This document shows, one piece after another, positions 23,965 to 38,100 of a DNA stretch of 64,000 nucleotides. The stretch's first letter is position 1. Each line of letters begins with the position of its first letter. The position numbers and the translations under genes are program-made. The notes beneath the pieces were generated by a model. That model had not been told where the DNA came from. It saw nothing but the letters and a program-made list of their open reading frames with translations, and ran no database searches. Origin of the DNA: Selaginella moellendorffii (lineage: Eukaryota > Plantae > Lycopodiophyta); contig NW_003314379.1 in NCBI RefSeq assembly GCF_000143415.4, positions 406,018-470,017 on the forward strand. Direction: 5' to 3'.

Positions 23965-24537
23965 TTGAGCTCTTTAGAAGCTTGTATTGAAATGACTCAA
24001 AGGAGAGCTATTGCTACTCATACTTGGCCCCCCAACATTTCATATCAATCTCCACCTCCATCCCCAAGTTCTACCAACATTTCACTTTCACCTCCACATA
24101 ACAATCCTTTTTTTGCTGAGGGCTCTAGTGAAGCTGAACTAGAGCTCCCTATATGTGAAATTCCGAATCTTACTACTAGAGAGGGATTGCTTCCAGCGCT
24201 TCAAGAGCAATGCCACATGTTTTTACAAGATTTTGCTCCTGACATGGCGGGATTATTTGAAAGCACAGAACACTATTACATTCGGTGTCCAATATGCTAC
24301 TTTTTCTTAGACAAGACAAATGGCTCTATGGGTTTACAAACTTTTCTTGAGCACTGTAGGAATTGCCCAATAGCAGGTTTGGAAAATATGCATATGTGGA
24401 TGTATAATAGATTCAAAAATGAGTTACGGACACATACCCACTATCGCTTCATGGTGAGGAACAACATCCCCTTGGGAAACACTACATCGGTTAGTGCAAA
24501 ATATGGGGTTTTTAGGCCACCCTACAGTGGAATGTAA
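23965..24537 (+). CDS. Cargo protein with CPIC...HC...H zinc finger (element A)
   Basis: RCPICYFFLDKTNGSMGLQTFLEHCRNC...MH; open counterpart at 53196-53777. Confidence 0.6.
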   Translation: MSSLEACIEMTQRRAIATHTWPPNISYQSPPPSPSSTNISLSPPHNNPFFAEGSSEAELELPICEIPNLTTREGLLPALQEQCHMFLQDFAPDMAGLFESTEHYYIRCPICYFFLDKTNGSMGLQTFLEHCRNCPIAGLENMHMWMYNRFKNELRTHTHYRFMVRNNIPLGNTTSVSAKYGVFRPPYSGM

Positions 24538-24825
24538 AATCTAGAATTACTTTACTATACTATAGTATTGTCACTATTAAAAGAAAAATATAATAAAATG
24601 ATATTAGTTGTAGGTAACATACCTTGTTCTAGAAGGTGCTATCATATCACATATAATTGTTACAAAATGTTGAAGGAGGAGATGGCAACACACAAGCGCT
24701 ACAAAGTGATGGTGACAGGTGAGAATGATAATTTGCAATTATGATATCTGACAATTTTACTGACATCTAACACTTTCATTGACATCTAACATATAACAAG
24801 CTTTCTATTTTATGTAAGGATGCAA

Positions 24826-27800
24826 TTAACTTTCTTCTGCCTCATCATCAACATAATGATTTCTTTTATACTTCCTCCTATATTGGTATTGTGGGGAAGA
24901 TTCACCTTGCATATGTTGAGCTATGGCTTCTGCATAGTCAGGGAGATTTCCAAAGCCTCCAATTCTAGAAACTCCAGGTGACTGTGATCTATAAATTAAA
25001 ATTAAACATATATTGAAATTTTAATAAACATAATTTACCTCCTTGAGGTTCGAGGTAACTCACGAAATCCTCTAAGCCAAAGTTTGAAGAAATGATGTTC
25101 TTCAATAGCAAACACCGACCTACCAGAGTCATGTGCTACCTCCACTATAGAACCACTACCTGCTGTGCAATCAATCACAACACCATCTGGTGGGCAATAG
25201 AGCTCAAGCAAGACTTGCATTGCCGAATGGAGTTCGAAATTGGTACCCTGGAAACGTGTTGCGGATCTGCTCATCCATAAGGTTGGGTATGATGTTAGTG
25301 GAACTGTCGTACCCAGGCAAAACACGTGTTGCACGTTCACTATCATGAAACCCATCATGTGTATTTCTGCAGAAGGCATGATAGGTCCACATCATAACCT
25401 GGAATATAAAAATGTTTAGAAATTAGATAAAAATATAAAATACGTACTCACTTTTTTAGGCTTCTCTTGGACACCCCTCGTATTAATGCCAATAGGATCC
25501 ATGATGCACCCGGAAGAGAATGACTTGAAATGAACTTTTGCTACGCACGTCATAAGCTCATACATCCAGTTGGGGTCATTCGGTAGGATGAAGATGACAT
25601 GGCTAGCTTCGAGCATAAGTGCTTCGGACAATAGGAATGCATTGCGTATGTGGTTAGGTATGAGAAAGTTCCAATCCTCAACTTTCCCATTGATATTTGA
25701 AAGACCATCTGGAAAGTCGAAGAGAATGAAGTCCGCAACTGGGAGCAAGGGCCTTTATATCTTTCGGCACCAACAGTTGAATTGGCGCCATACATCCATG
25801 TTGATGTCATCTTCTGTGAAAGATGTCAACAATCTACTGTAAGAGCCAATGAAGATACCCATAATGCCTCGTTGTGTTATTGGGGACATAGGACGGACCT
25901 ATAAAAGAGCTAAGTGAATGAAAAAAACAATAAATAGTATGCTACTGTCATATGGCGTGTTGTCAATGAGAGTTCCTCCAACTCCTCTTCACGAGCATCT
26001 TGTCAAGCTGGAATGATTTTACTACCAACAGTCATTGCTGCAAAAAACATGTATTACCACCTTTAGTTTGTAAAATTCACTTTTGCTTACTTCGAGGTCA
26101 ACATGATATTCTGTGACCCACTTGATCATCGTTATTTACTGGTAGAACCTAATCCGAATCTTGGTTGTTTGATGGTTGAACTGGAGCATGATCCTGGCTG
26201 TTTGGTGGTGGAATACGAACTTGATCTGGAGCTTCCTCATCCTTGTCTCCATTGTCACTTGCATTGCTATTGTTGCTAGCATTGACAACTTCCTCACGAT
26301 CTAGTGTAGAGGTCTCCTTCCCTATGAGCTCCAACTCCCAAGGGCATTTTATCTTTTATGCCTTTGGAACTCTCGCAAACATTGTTAAGTACATTCCTTC
26401 ATCCCTTACACCCTTTGCAACAAGTCGAGTTCAAACTGGTGCCTCAAATGGCATGCCTCTATATCGAAGATACCTATAAACAATATATATTAAAAAATAG
26501 TCTTAGAAATCATATTATACTTGTAAGCTGCACGTCGCATGAAATAAAGTTGACCATGTTGGCAATCATAAGTTGTTGTGCTTGTAGACTTCTCTGGCAG
26601 CCACCCCTCTTTGATCCCTTCCAATGACGTATTGATGTAGGTGTCAAAAGACATGAATGTGCCATCTGGATCGTCACCAATATATGGTGCCAAGAACTTC
26701 TCACCTTCACTTATGGTTTGTGTGATGTAAACAACCCTTCTCATCATGTTCTCAAATAGTTCTAGCAGTCCTTTCTCTCTGTTCATCAAGCAGACATTGA
26801 GGAACTCTAGAGTCTCTATCTGTTGCTTATATGGAAGCTTCGATTTTGCAATATTGTAAATCATGTCATCTGGAGTTTTGTTCACTGCAAAAGTAACATA
26901 TGCATAATTGAGAAAAATGAAGTGAGATAAGAAACTTATATTCATGAGAAGAAATTTCGGCTATAGTCTCTAGTCACTCTTTCGGCCTGTGATTGTCTAC
27001 TATGCATACTAATTTCTTCAACTTTGAGGACTTTGCATGCTGAATTTTGTGCTCAATTTGAACAAACTCAGCTGAGAGCTCTTCCCAACTCTTCTCTGGA
27101 TATGCAAGTTCGTAAGCATCTTGCTTGACCTTCACCAAAGGCTAAAAACCAAAACAATTAAAAGAGGCTTTTATAAAATAAAAGGGAAAGACATACCTTA
27201 CACCACACAACGAGCATAAAACTGATTGGGTTGTTGAACCAAGTTGTATTGTCATTTCGAGTGCGTGAGTGTCGAACAAGTGTTGCGAGATCATCACCAT
27301 AATGTTGGCGGATGTCATCCTCACTCAAATCTGCCAAAAATCGAAGTTGCTCGATGTCATGGACAAGGTTTTGTTTTTGAACAGCAAATTGCCCAAGCCT
27401 ACATTTAAACACAACAAAACAAGTTAAAGTGGAGTTACGCATTGATCTTTTGGCAGGCCAAGATAAGTCTGTTGACATCTAAAGGTCCCCTCACTTAGAC
27501 ATGGCTGACTGGAATGTTGATATGGTAGATAGGATCATCGCGAAAATGATCGTCGATACACTTCATCTAAGCTCTATATTGGTGGTTACCATCAATAATT
27601 TGGAACATTGTCCCCGCAAGCTGTTGAGTCTCAGGATGTCTGATAAGCATGTCATCAAATTCTAAGAACTTCCTCCTCCAAATAGGATCCCTGCTATTCA
27701 CAATCTCAGGTGTGATGGTAATGATCTTCGTTGTTCCTAGCTTGCAAAAAGAGACTAGAAACATACCAATGTTTGTTGCAAGGCCATTTTGTTTGAACAA

Positions 27801-28947
27801 GCTGTATATATCCGGGTTGACATACTTGGATGCTGTGTGGACAAGGTTCGTCTGTTGCAAACGGCAAAGTGGGATTTCTTTGATCAAGTCACAAAGGCCT
27901 GGCCACTTAAATGCCTCAAGTGTTTGGTGAACTACTTTTTCCCTTGTCCGTATAACAGTCTCTTGGAAGCGCTTGTCCACCACATTGTCAGGAAGGTCTG
28001 CAACTCTTTCAACTCCAAGTTGTTCCTCAAGTTCCATATCCTGAACACCACTAGATTGCCCAACTTCAGGGATTTGCGTTGGTGGTGGGCCAGTGAGGAG
28101 TAAAGTTGGAGGTGGCAGTGGTGATGGTGGGGGTGGTGGTGGTGGCAGTGGCGGCGGCGGCAGAGGCAATAGTGGCAGTGGTGGTGGCAATGGTGGTGGT
28201 GGCGGTGGCGATGGCGGTGGTGGAGGTGGTGATGGAGGTGGTGGAGGTGGCGATGGCGGTGGTGGAGGTGGTGATGGTGGAGGTGATGGTGGTGGAGGCG
28301 GTGAATCTTTAAGTAAATGTGTCTCTGTTGTGCCAATGGACATGTCGATCGTGATGTCGTCGTCAGTGCCGAATTGAACTTCTCGTGTCTTCTTGGCTCC
28401 AACAACCTTTTTATGTGTTACAATTTTCCTTTTCTGCAAGAGAAAAAATTTTGTTAGTCAAACTAAATAAAGATAATAAGAAATTCAAACAGTCAAAGAG
28501 AAAAAAAATCAAGTGGGCCTAGACTCCACCTCGGGCACTTTAGTTGCCCAGGGGGCCGAGGTTATTCAAATAACCTTGGCCCCCTGGGCAGCCAAAGTGC
28601 CCGAGGTGGCTGGCCCAAGCTCGACCTTGGGCAGTTTGGCCACCCGAGGGGCCGAGGTTATTTGAATAACCTTGGCCCCTTGGCTGGCAAAACTGCCCGA
28701 GGTGGCCGGCCCACGCTGGACCTTCAAATAACCTCGGCCCCTCGGCCCTCAAAACTGCCCGAGGTGGCCGGCCCGCGTTGGACCTCGGGCAGTTTTGCGG
28801 GCCGAGAGGCTAAGGTTATTCAAATAACCTTGGCCCCTCAGCCCACAAAACTGCCCGAGGTCGGCCCTAAAGAAGCAATCAAGAAAGAAGCAAGAGGAAA
28901 AAAATGGAAGTGGAAGTAATCAAATTGAAACTCACCCTTAGTGGCAT
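24826..28947 (-). pseudogene. ParB-MTase fusion gene of element A (disrupted)
   Basis: Exon-by-exon counterpart of 48810-52886 (FQIIDGNHQY, DFILFDFPDG, VIDCTAGSG) with a stop at 27567 and a frameshift near 25225. Confidence 0.85.
28525..28870. repeat. Palindrome cluster in intron 1 of the element A ParB-MTase gene
   Basis: 32-bp near-palindrome GGGGCCGAGGTTATT(C/T)(A/G)AATAACCT(C/T)GGCCCC at 28552, 28648 and 28806 (half copy ~28723), interleaved with AAACTGCCCGAGG / CCTYGGGCAGTTT inverted units. Confidence 0.9.
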
Positions 28948-28984
28948 CTTTCCTTCCCGATTTCTTGATCATGTTGGATTTCTT

Positions 28985-29220
28985 GTGCGCTCAATCTCTC
29001 CCGCTTGCGCGCTTAATCTCTCCCGCTCAGACGCTCAATCTCTCCCGCTCGCGCGCTTAATCTCTCTCGCTCATGCGCTCAATCTCTCCTGCTTGCGCTC
29101 TCAATCTCTCCCGCTCGTGCGCTCAATCTCTCCATCTCTTGCGTGCTCAATCCCTCGATCTCCTTCGTGCTCAATCCCTCGATCTCCTTCGTGTTCAATC
29201 TCTCGATCTCTCGTGCGCTC
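28985..29220. repeat. Tandem GCGCTCAATCTCTC repeats 5' of the ParB-MTase gene (copy in B at ~48535-48775)
   Basis: About 11 units of ~20-22 bp, followed by CCCTAACCCTAA telo-box-like motifs at ~29260-29295. Confidence 0.85.
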
Positions 29221-30122
29221 CACTCACAGTGCGAACAGTAACCTAATCTTGGCAGCTACCCTAACCCTAATCCTGACGGCTGCCCTAACCCTAATCAATC
29301 TCTCATCCTGGTCGTTCATTCCAAATAACCTAAATCTCAACCATCACAATATCTTTGATCTTATTTTATCTTATCATTATTATTATATGTAAATTATGCT
29401 TCTTTATTTTGTATATTTTAATGATGATATAACTAGCACCTATCAACATTTCTGTTATTAGAGATATCATATTATATTTTATAAATTATCTAGAAAGAAT
29501 GCATTCTCATCAATATTTTGTACATATTTTGGAATCGTTACAAGAACTTTAAAGAGTATAAATAAGGCACATTAAAATATGTTGTACTATATCCATCTAT
29601 GAATGGATGAATCCTCATCCAGTAATTTATTTTGTGTTGTATTAGATCTTAAATAATAGGCATGTGCTTTAAATGTCATTGAGCAATGTTCACAATTATG
29701 GATAAAACTTGAGTTGTACTACGAATCAAATCTGTCAGTGAAGAATAAGATTTGACAAGATTTATTATCAAGATTTATTATCATCTACCACTTAAAATTT
29801 GACAACTTGACATATCACACGTACTGACAGTCAAATTGAATCTCTTTTCTTGACACGCTATAGCAGAATGTCATTACTGATATCATTATTAACTATCAAA
29901 CTTCACATGCTGAAAATCCTTCCTTGGATCTATGTGTATACATGCATCAAACATCATAATAGATGACAGTAATATTAATACTGTCACACTTGAACATGTT
30001 AAATTTGCTATATAATTTAAATTCATTTTGTACGTTGTCTTCTTATTACTCTATTTAAATTTCAATTATGTTTCACTATGGATTTTTACAAGTAGCATAA
30101 AGAAAGAGAACTCCAAAACCTA

Positions 30123-33100
30123 TTGAGAAGGATGGAAAGGTTTCTTCTTCATTTTCAAGATCACCCACCTCTTTCATTCTCTCAGAGTATTGTTTTTGAA
30201 AGTTTTTTATGTCGGCATTTTGATCTTCGTCTTGGCTCTATTTCTTTAGAGGCTGTGATTCACAATGACACTAGTTTAGTTGCATACTTGGAGTTTCTTC
30301 TTTCTGGTGTGGGCGAAGGTGGACAACAATGGGATTTACAGAATTCCAAGTGGAAGGAGATTCGAGTGTTTGGATCTCTAGTCAAAATGTCAAAATGCGC
30401 TCCAGCCAAAGAGAATGTGAAGCAAGAGTCAGTCGTTATCCTCTCGTCCTTTTCTAGTTCAAGTGGAGAAGTCATACTAGTGTCGGCGCCGAATTCACCA
30501 GCTCTAGCTCCAGCTCTAGCTCTAGCTCCAACTTCAGCAATATTCAAAGTCGTTAACAATGCTTTCCAGTTTTCACGCCTCTCAATCGACGTGCACTTGT
30601 TTTTGTATAGGCTTGTTAGTGAGTTTCCATCCTTCTACAACGGCAACATTTTCTTCGAGCTACCACCTCTTGTCAGCAGCACGGGTTCCAAACGGAAGGG
30701 GATGGAAACCAAGCAGGATGTCCACAATTGGTGCAAGATCAAAACCACACACTTCCAACATTTTGAAGGCACAGTGTTTATAGTTCATTGTGGCGGGCAT
30801 TTAGATTTTGTGGATGAAGCATGCAATTGAGACCGCTGTAGAAACTCTATATTTTTCGAAGGGTCTGCAGTCAATCTTCCAACCTATGACACTATTGCTG
30901 TTGGATTCAAGTGTCGATTCTGCAAAAATGCTCCTCTATGTCATGTTATCTGTGAGGCCAAGATGTACTACTTTCTTCCACGGGATGGAATGGCTGGAAG
31001 AGCTGCAGTACATGTCGGCACACACATGCATCCAACGCAGGAAAGGATACAAAAGAGTTCTCTCAACCGTTTCAAAGATGCTGTGTAGCAAGAGACTATG
31101 AGAAACTCATTTGCAACTCTGAAGCATATTCAGAAGACTGTCCTCAAGGATTTTATCGCAAACACCTTACTCAATCTAGGTTGCCAAAAGACTCAACTAA
31201 ACGAGGCTAGCTTGCGAGACTTACTACGAGGAGTACAACCTACTACTAGCCTAAGGAGGTACATTTGTTATATTTCATATGTTATAATAATAATTTTTTC
31301 TTACATTATATTGTTTAGGATAAAATCTTGGATGTGTGAATCTCGAGAGGGGAAGTTGCAATCAAAAATTGACTCCATCCTTGAATTGAAACGGACCTAT
31401 CCATACGAGTTCATCCATGGAAGTTTGTTTCCAGACCAAATTGTGAATGAGCAAGAGCGCCCCTTCGTCTTCAAAATGTCTACTATGGGCCCTGCCTTTG
31501 GTGTAGATCTTGTCTCCCGAATGGACATGTTTGGGTCCAGTGACCTTGCAAATGCATGGGTATATTTTGACCATATAGAGCGCATATCAGGTTGGACAAC
31601 AATGGGAGCTCATGTATATGATCCAAGGTAATTTTTATTCTTATTATATTGAAATTGTTGTAATATTTGTGTTTTCATAGGCTACGTTGTAACTTAATAA
31701 TTGCGACAGCAGAGTTTAAAGTACAAGACCAAACAGCATAGGAAATATTTTGGAAGTCCCTCTCCGATATTATCCTAAAGCGGACTGGTAAGCCTGCAAA
31801 CTTTCGCGGTTTCATGGCAGATGGGGCTGGTGCAAACTAGAATGGTGTCCGAGCAGTTTTTGGGAATGGTCAGCCATTGGAAGGTTGTGAGAGGACTTGT
31901 GAGTTCCATTGGGCTCAAAGCCTAAACCAGCACTGCCACCGTATCAAGCCAGAGTTTCAATCAATATTTAAGGAGTTGTGCAAACAATGGCAAGTTGCAC
32001 CTTCTAAAGAAGAGCATGAGGCAAAAGCAAACGAGATCCGAATATGGTGACGTGAAGATGGCCATACAGACGTAAGTTGCCTACCACAACTTGAGTCATG
32101 GTTAGGGTGGTGGGAAGTTAGGATGTTCCAGTGGGGACATCACTCTTTTCATGTTGGTTTCTATTTTTTCTTCTCTTTTTATTACTTTTTAATATTGCAT
32201 TTTCCATTAGGATCAACCACTTGAGGACCTCGCATACACCCCAATTGTGAATCTCTCTGAAAGTAAGCACTGGAGTTGGCGTTCTTTTGAGGTAGGGAAA
32301 GGGAAGATGAGTCTATATGAAGCCTGCCTATCAGATTTGATATGTGTTATAGAGCAATCTTTAAAAGCATTGGCATTCGAAGAACGAAGATACATGGGAA
32401 CAAGGCCTTCTATTGAGATGTTACATGATAGGATGAAGAGAAAATTAACTCCACCCGCCCGAACAGTGGCAACTACAGTTGAGGAAGTGGTCTGTAGCAC
32501 ATTTATGGAGTACACTCCTCGAGCTTCTATTGGTGATATGAAGACTGTCTGCTCAAAGTGTCGTTTTTCCTTTGCTGGGGAAGATGTTGGTACGGACCTT
32601 GGAGTGAAAAGCTCTCATAGGCCTGATGTTGAGTACCATTCTGCTCCAAGACACCGCTCTCGGACTGAGCCACCTCAAGTGGCTGATGAAGAGAGTGCAT
32701 CGCAACATGTTGAAATTGCTTACTGTAGCGTGGAGCCAAAGCAATGGGCAATCCGACGCGTGCCAACAAAATCGAATGTAAGGTGTGTGGGGATGCTTCC
32801 GAGGGGCAAGTGTTGGGCCTGGATTTGTGGTGACAAATTTGCTTCTGTTCCAACCCCATGTTTCTATGGGGAACGAAAGCAAGTAGGATTTTCGAGATGG
32901 TGCTGGCTATATTGTTGCAACACCGATGCCAACCATATAAAGCGGCTTGAAGACACTATAGTGACTAAACCTGATGCAGTACCTAAAGAATGGCCAGTTG
33001 CTAATGGGGTTGCACTCACCTCAGAGGAAATTGAAAACCTTGAGAAATCTGGTTTCAATCTTGAGAGGAGTGTTGGAGATATAAGTGACAGAACCAAGAC

Positions 33101-33486
33101 TATTCCTACAGAGATGCATAGGAGGCCAACACGAAAAGGTAAGGCAGTTAAATTTATTGGTACCATCTCCAAGCAAAATTTATTGGTACCATCTCCAAAC
33201 TTGGCTCAAACACTTGAGTGTGAGATTCTTTCCATAAAGTACATCACTGCGCTTGCAAAGGAGTACATAGTCAAAACAGAAGGTGGAGAGTACACAATTG
33301 CCATTCACGACTTTCTTTTTTGCACATGTCCAGACTTTACGAAGCGCGAGGAACATGGGAAGGCATATGCTCCTTACAAGCATATGTACTACATCTTCAT
33401 CAACATCTTGCACTAGGATCCTAAAGTGGATACACTAAGCAAGTCTTACTATTGCTGAGTTGCAGAAAACTTTTGGAGCTAACTAG
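30123..33486 (+). pseudogene. Mutator-like transposase of element A (several stops)
   Basis: Same gene as 44297-47644, with stops at e.g. 30828, ~31086, ~31738 and 33414. Confidence 0.85.
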
Positions 33487-33577
33487 ATTTCTCCAACACT
33501 ATCGATGTTTATTCTCTATCAATAAAACTTATTATACTTTATATAATTAATAAAAATGTGCTTTTTCATTTCACTTT

Positions 33578-34048
33578 TCATTTTATATGCTTCCGAGTGT
33601 TCTTTTCGCAATACTGCCCATAGTACTCGTGTGTCTCCATTTTTGTCTTTACCATCTCAAAAAAAATTTCATAGTAGTCTTTCGGGTGCGTGATGTTGTA
33701 ATGTGTCGCGAGAGCATATATACCATCATATTGATTATTGCCATTATTTCCACCAGACGCTAGAAAACATATAGGGCATTTCTTGAAAGTGGCAGAATTG
33801 CACTTAATCAGTAAAAGGGCATTCTTTTTCACCCAATTTATTGCACCCTCTGTCATTGCATTTATCTTCAACTCATGATCATTATCCTCACTATCCTCTC
33901 TTTCATTCTCTTGTGTGGTTTGGTTATGTTGTGCAATGGGATAGTTATTGCATCTCCCAGCCCTTGAACCCTGGGAAGAAATATTGCGAGAATTAAAATT
34001 ACCAACACTAGAACCCATAGACATTTGTGTGTATTTCCCTTTTTTCAA
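33578..34048 (-). CDS. Small cargo protein with CPIC...H...H zinc finger (element A)
   Basis: KCPICFLASGG...YDGIYALATHYNITHPKDY; counterpart of 43753-44205. Confidence 0.6.
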   Translation of the reverse strand: MKKGKYTQMSMGSSVGNFNSRNISSQGSRAGRCNNYPIAQHNQTTQENEREDSEDNDHELKINAMTEGAINWVKKNALLLIKCNSATFKKCPICFLASGGNNGNNQYDGIYALATHYNITHPKDYYEIFFEMVKTKMETHEYYGQYCEKNTRKHIK

Positions 34049-34782
34049 ATGAGAGTGTGAATGAAGATTTCTAAATTCTAGACAATATGCTATGACAAAC
34101 CCCTCAAAAATGCATTCTAGAAAGAACCAAGTCCTTCTTTTATATGCAATAAGCTTACACTAACAATTATTTTTTTTCCCTTTCAAACGGTTATATGGCT
34201 TTACATAGAATCTTATTTCAAATTTAATAATTTTTTAAGTTTGACAAACTTGACATTTACTAGCTAGAAAGCACAGAGTACAAATTTAAAGAAGTTACAA
34301 GAATACTCTTTTTGAAAACATTTTATTTTATGTTCTAACAAACGTCCCTATCATTGTATGTAGTAAATATTTAAAATATTAGAACAAAAAGTGTCCTTTA
34401 GAACATTTGTATCTATATAATATATAGATGTGAGTGCTTGGAATATGGAAAGGGAATACAAAAATGTGCATATCAATTAGCCCAAAAATCCTAGATTATA
34501 TACAGGAGCAAGTGGTTCGGATTGAAACCAATCCGACGGCTACCAAAATCCCACTATGCTAATATTAGTATACGGCATCGTAGCTATACACTTGGCCCTC
34601 ACATCATCCCCTCCTCTTGGAATAATGGAAGGCTATCAGGGTTCTCTTGTAGATGGGCCGGGATCTGGAGGAACGTCAGGAGGAGGCATCGGTGGATCTG
34701 TAGATGGCATTAACTGCTTCTGATCCCTTTGTATGAAGCGTTTCAACTGCTGCACATGCATAATCTCCGGAGGATCGGCCTG

Positions 34783-37700
34783 CTAGACGTCATGCCGAAC
34801 CTCATAAACTTGTGGTCCAACTTGCCGCAACACCCGATATGGTCTTTTCCACTGCGCAAGGAGCCCCTTAGATAAACCACATACCGTAAGATGGGGAAAA
34901 CGGACTAACACCAAATCATCCACTTTGTACTCTGCAAGTGGACGATGATGGGAGTTGTAGCACTGTTGTTGTCCCACTTGTATGCGGCCTAAGTATTCGG
35001 CAGACTCTGCTCGGACAAGTGGAAGAATGCTCGTCAAATATTGATCCCATGACCTAGCATCAGGGGCTTGTGGCAATTGCGAAGGTAAACCCAGCTCCGT
35101 TGGTAATATTGGATCATGACCATATAGAAGTTTATATGGTGAAGCACCAACAGAACTCTGCACCCCTGTGACATAGGCATACCGAAGAGACGACAAATAA
35201 CCATCCCAATTTGAATGCTAAAAGTTCACATACTTCGCAATCATCCCTTTGAATGTCCGAACGAGCTGTTCCACTAGACCGTCTAATTGTGGATGATAAG
35301 CACTCGTAAAAGTGTGGCGTATCCCCAACCGAGATGTCAAAATATGAAATACCTCAGCCATAAATGCAGGACCATTATCTGAAAGAATCCGCTCTGAACA
35401 AGAATGTTGGAACACCACGCGATTGAGGAGAAAGTATCCAACAACAGTTGCAGAGGCGCTAGCAAGAGCACCAACTTCCACCCAACGAGTCAAGTAGTCA
35501 GAAGCAATAATAACATACTCATTGCCAGCAGTCGACCGTGGAAAAGGTCCCATAAGATCAAACGCCACCAACTCAAACGGACGGGAAACTGCAATTGACT
35601 CTAACCGTCCTTCCGCAGCACAAGGGGGAGTATTACGAGCTTGGCACCAAACGCAGTTACGCACATACCGGATAACATCACGTCGCATCTTTGGCCAATA
35701 GAAAGACCTGCGCAGCTTCTCGGTCATACGACGATGTCCCATTTGCCCACCTAGAATAGGAGAATCATGGTAGGCATGGAGAAACCGTGGAATAAAGATA
35801 GAAGGCACCACCAGTCGTAAATGATCATCAGGATCCGTCCCCACAAAATAAAGAAGGCCATCTTCAAGGCGATATTGAGAATGTAAATGCCGGAAAGGCA
35901 AGTTATTAGCAAGTGATGTAGGATCCTCAAACGCATCTCGAAGCCTTCGAATCCACGGCTCAATCTTTTGAGCCTTGCAAACCTCATCAAGAGAAGGTAG
36001 ATCTTGCTCTGCACCTTGTGGACACTGAACATCAAGTACAGCAACCGCCGACGGCATGGAATCCTCGTCTAGAAAATCCACAGATGCTGGAACAACAGGC
36101 TCATCAGAAACATGAGAAGAAAGTGGAGAAGGAAGAGGAGCTCAAGAAAGGGCATTAGCATCAGCCATAGAACTCCCTGGGTGATGAACAACATCAAAAT
36201 CATATATCTAAAGCTTTAAAGCCCACCGAGCAATACAACCAACCAGGTTCTTCCGCTTCAATAATGAAATAACGGTAGTATGGTCACCTTCAAGTAACGT
36301 CCGAGAACCATGTAGATATGCATGAAGTTTCTCGAAACCCCAAACTGCCGCTAAACACTCCTTCTTTGTCGTGGAGTAGTTCACCTCTGCTGGTTGTAAC
36401 GTACGGCTTATATATGCAATGGGATGACGCTGACCAGGCACACTCGGGCTCTTTTGCATTAACACACCTCCAAGACCAATATCAAAAGCATCAACGCGCA
36501 AAATAAAAGGTCGAGTGTAGTCAGGATATGCTAAAACCGGAGGAGTCGTCAAAAGCTCTTTGAGATCCACAAACGCCCGCTCACAATCTGAAGACCAGAT
36601 GAAAGATGACATTGATAACTTCAGCAACGTTCGCAACGGTGCAGTGTGATCAGAAAGATGATCCACAAAACAACCGAGATACTGCACCTTGCCCAGGAAG
36701 CACTGCACATCATTCACACACTTTGGAGTAGGGAACTTTAGAATGGCTACGAGTTTGTCAGGATCAACTTGCAAACCCTCACGAGAAATACGGTACCCAA
36801 GATAAGTTGTGCCCTTGGACTCAAACACGCACTTCGATCGCTTCAGCTTTAAACCAACATCCCGTAGCCGATCCAACACTTTACACACATCACGAACATG
36901 CTCTGCCCACGTCCCCTCCGAGTGAATCAAGACATCATCAATGAAGTCAGTAGTCACCTCTGGCATATCACAAAGAACTTCGTCCATCATCCGCTGAAAA
37001 GTTGCTGGAGCATTGTTCAAACCAAACGGCATCACCAAGAACTCATACAAACTAAATGGTGTATGAAAAGTAGTCTTAGGAATATCTTCGTCGGCCATTG
37101 GTACTTGCCAGTACCCAGAAGCAAGATCTAGCTTGGTGAACCAACAACTTCGCCCCAGACGATCCAAGAGATCAATAGTGTGAGGAAGAGGGTACACATC
37201 CGGGATCGTCACTTCATTTAACGAACAATAATCGATGCAGAAACGAATACTCCCATCAGGCTTTGTCACAAGATGAAGTTCACATGCCCAAGGACTCCGC
37301 GACTTCCGAATAACACCCTTCTCCAACATCTCCTTGACGTTTTCACGTAAAATCTTGATCTCCTTGGGTGACCGACGACGAACAGAAACCTTGATTGGAC
37401 GAGCATCCCCGGTTGGAATGGGATGACGTGTGGCAATCTTGGCCCCAGACAATAGGTCAAATTCAAAGAGATCAGAATACTCCTTCATAAGCTGGTCAAC
37501 AACTGCAACACAAAGATCATTGGAGGGATCGGAAAAGGGAAGAACAGAACAAGATGGAAACACAAGAGGAAATAGTAGGGGAACAAAATTAATGGAAGCA
37601 AAGGTAGAAGTAGAGGGACGAAGAAGTACGGAAGTGAGAGGAATGGATGAAATATAAAGAAGTATGAGACAAGGGGGAGAAGCCTCAAAGTCACATTTGG

Positions 37701-38100
37701 CATGATTGCGTTGCAACCAATCCATACCAAGAATGAGGTCAAAAGCTTGACTCGGCACCACCCGCAACGACTGCAACTCAAGCTTGAGATCGCCCACACG
37801 CACAACCAGGTCCGCCTCATCTCGTGCACATGCATGTGTACGGCTGTTGCCATAAAGAATGAAAACTGGATCCGCCGCACGACACAAGTGTAGACGACAA
37901 CGTGTGGCAATAGGTCGAGCAATAGAAGATAAACTCGAACCTGTATCAACCAACACGGAGAGAAAAATAGGAGAGCTCTTGTTATAAAAACGAGCTTGGA
38001 AAGTAAACACTGGATGAACCGGTGCCGAGTGAACCCCTTGATGATACTCCCGAAAGAAAGATGGAAGGGTCACTAACTTATTCGCGCAAGATCCCTCCAT
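34783..38100 (-). pseudogene. pol: Pol (protease-RT-RNaseH-integrase) with stops
   Basis: VLVDTGSS; KLDLASGYWQV, MPFGLNNAPATFQR, FIDDVL; RNaseH NYSTTKKECLA; integrase CVWCQ, DLMGPFP, SDNGPAF; GPY-like WKRPY. Confidence 0.92.

Noticed and set aside
27932-28405. His-rich, Gly-rich and Val-rich ORFs (also 49335-49613, 6368-6691)
   Set aside because: Alternative frames of the poly-Pro or acidic tracts of real genes.
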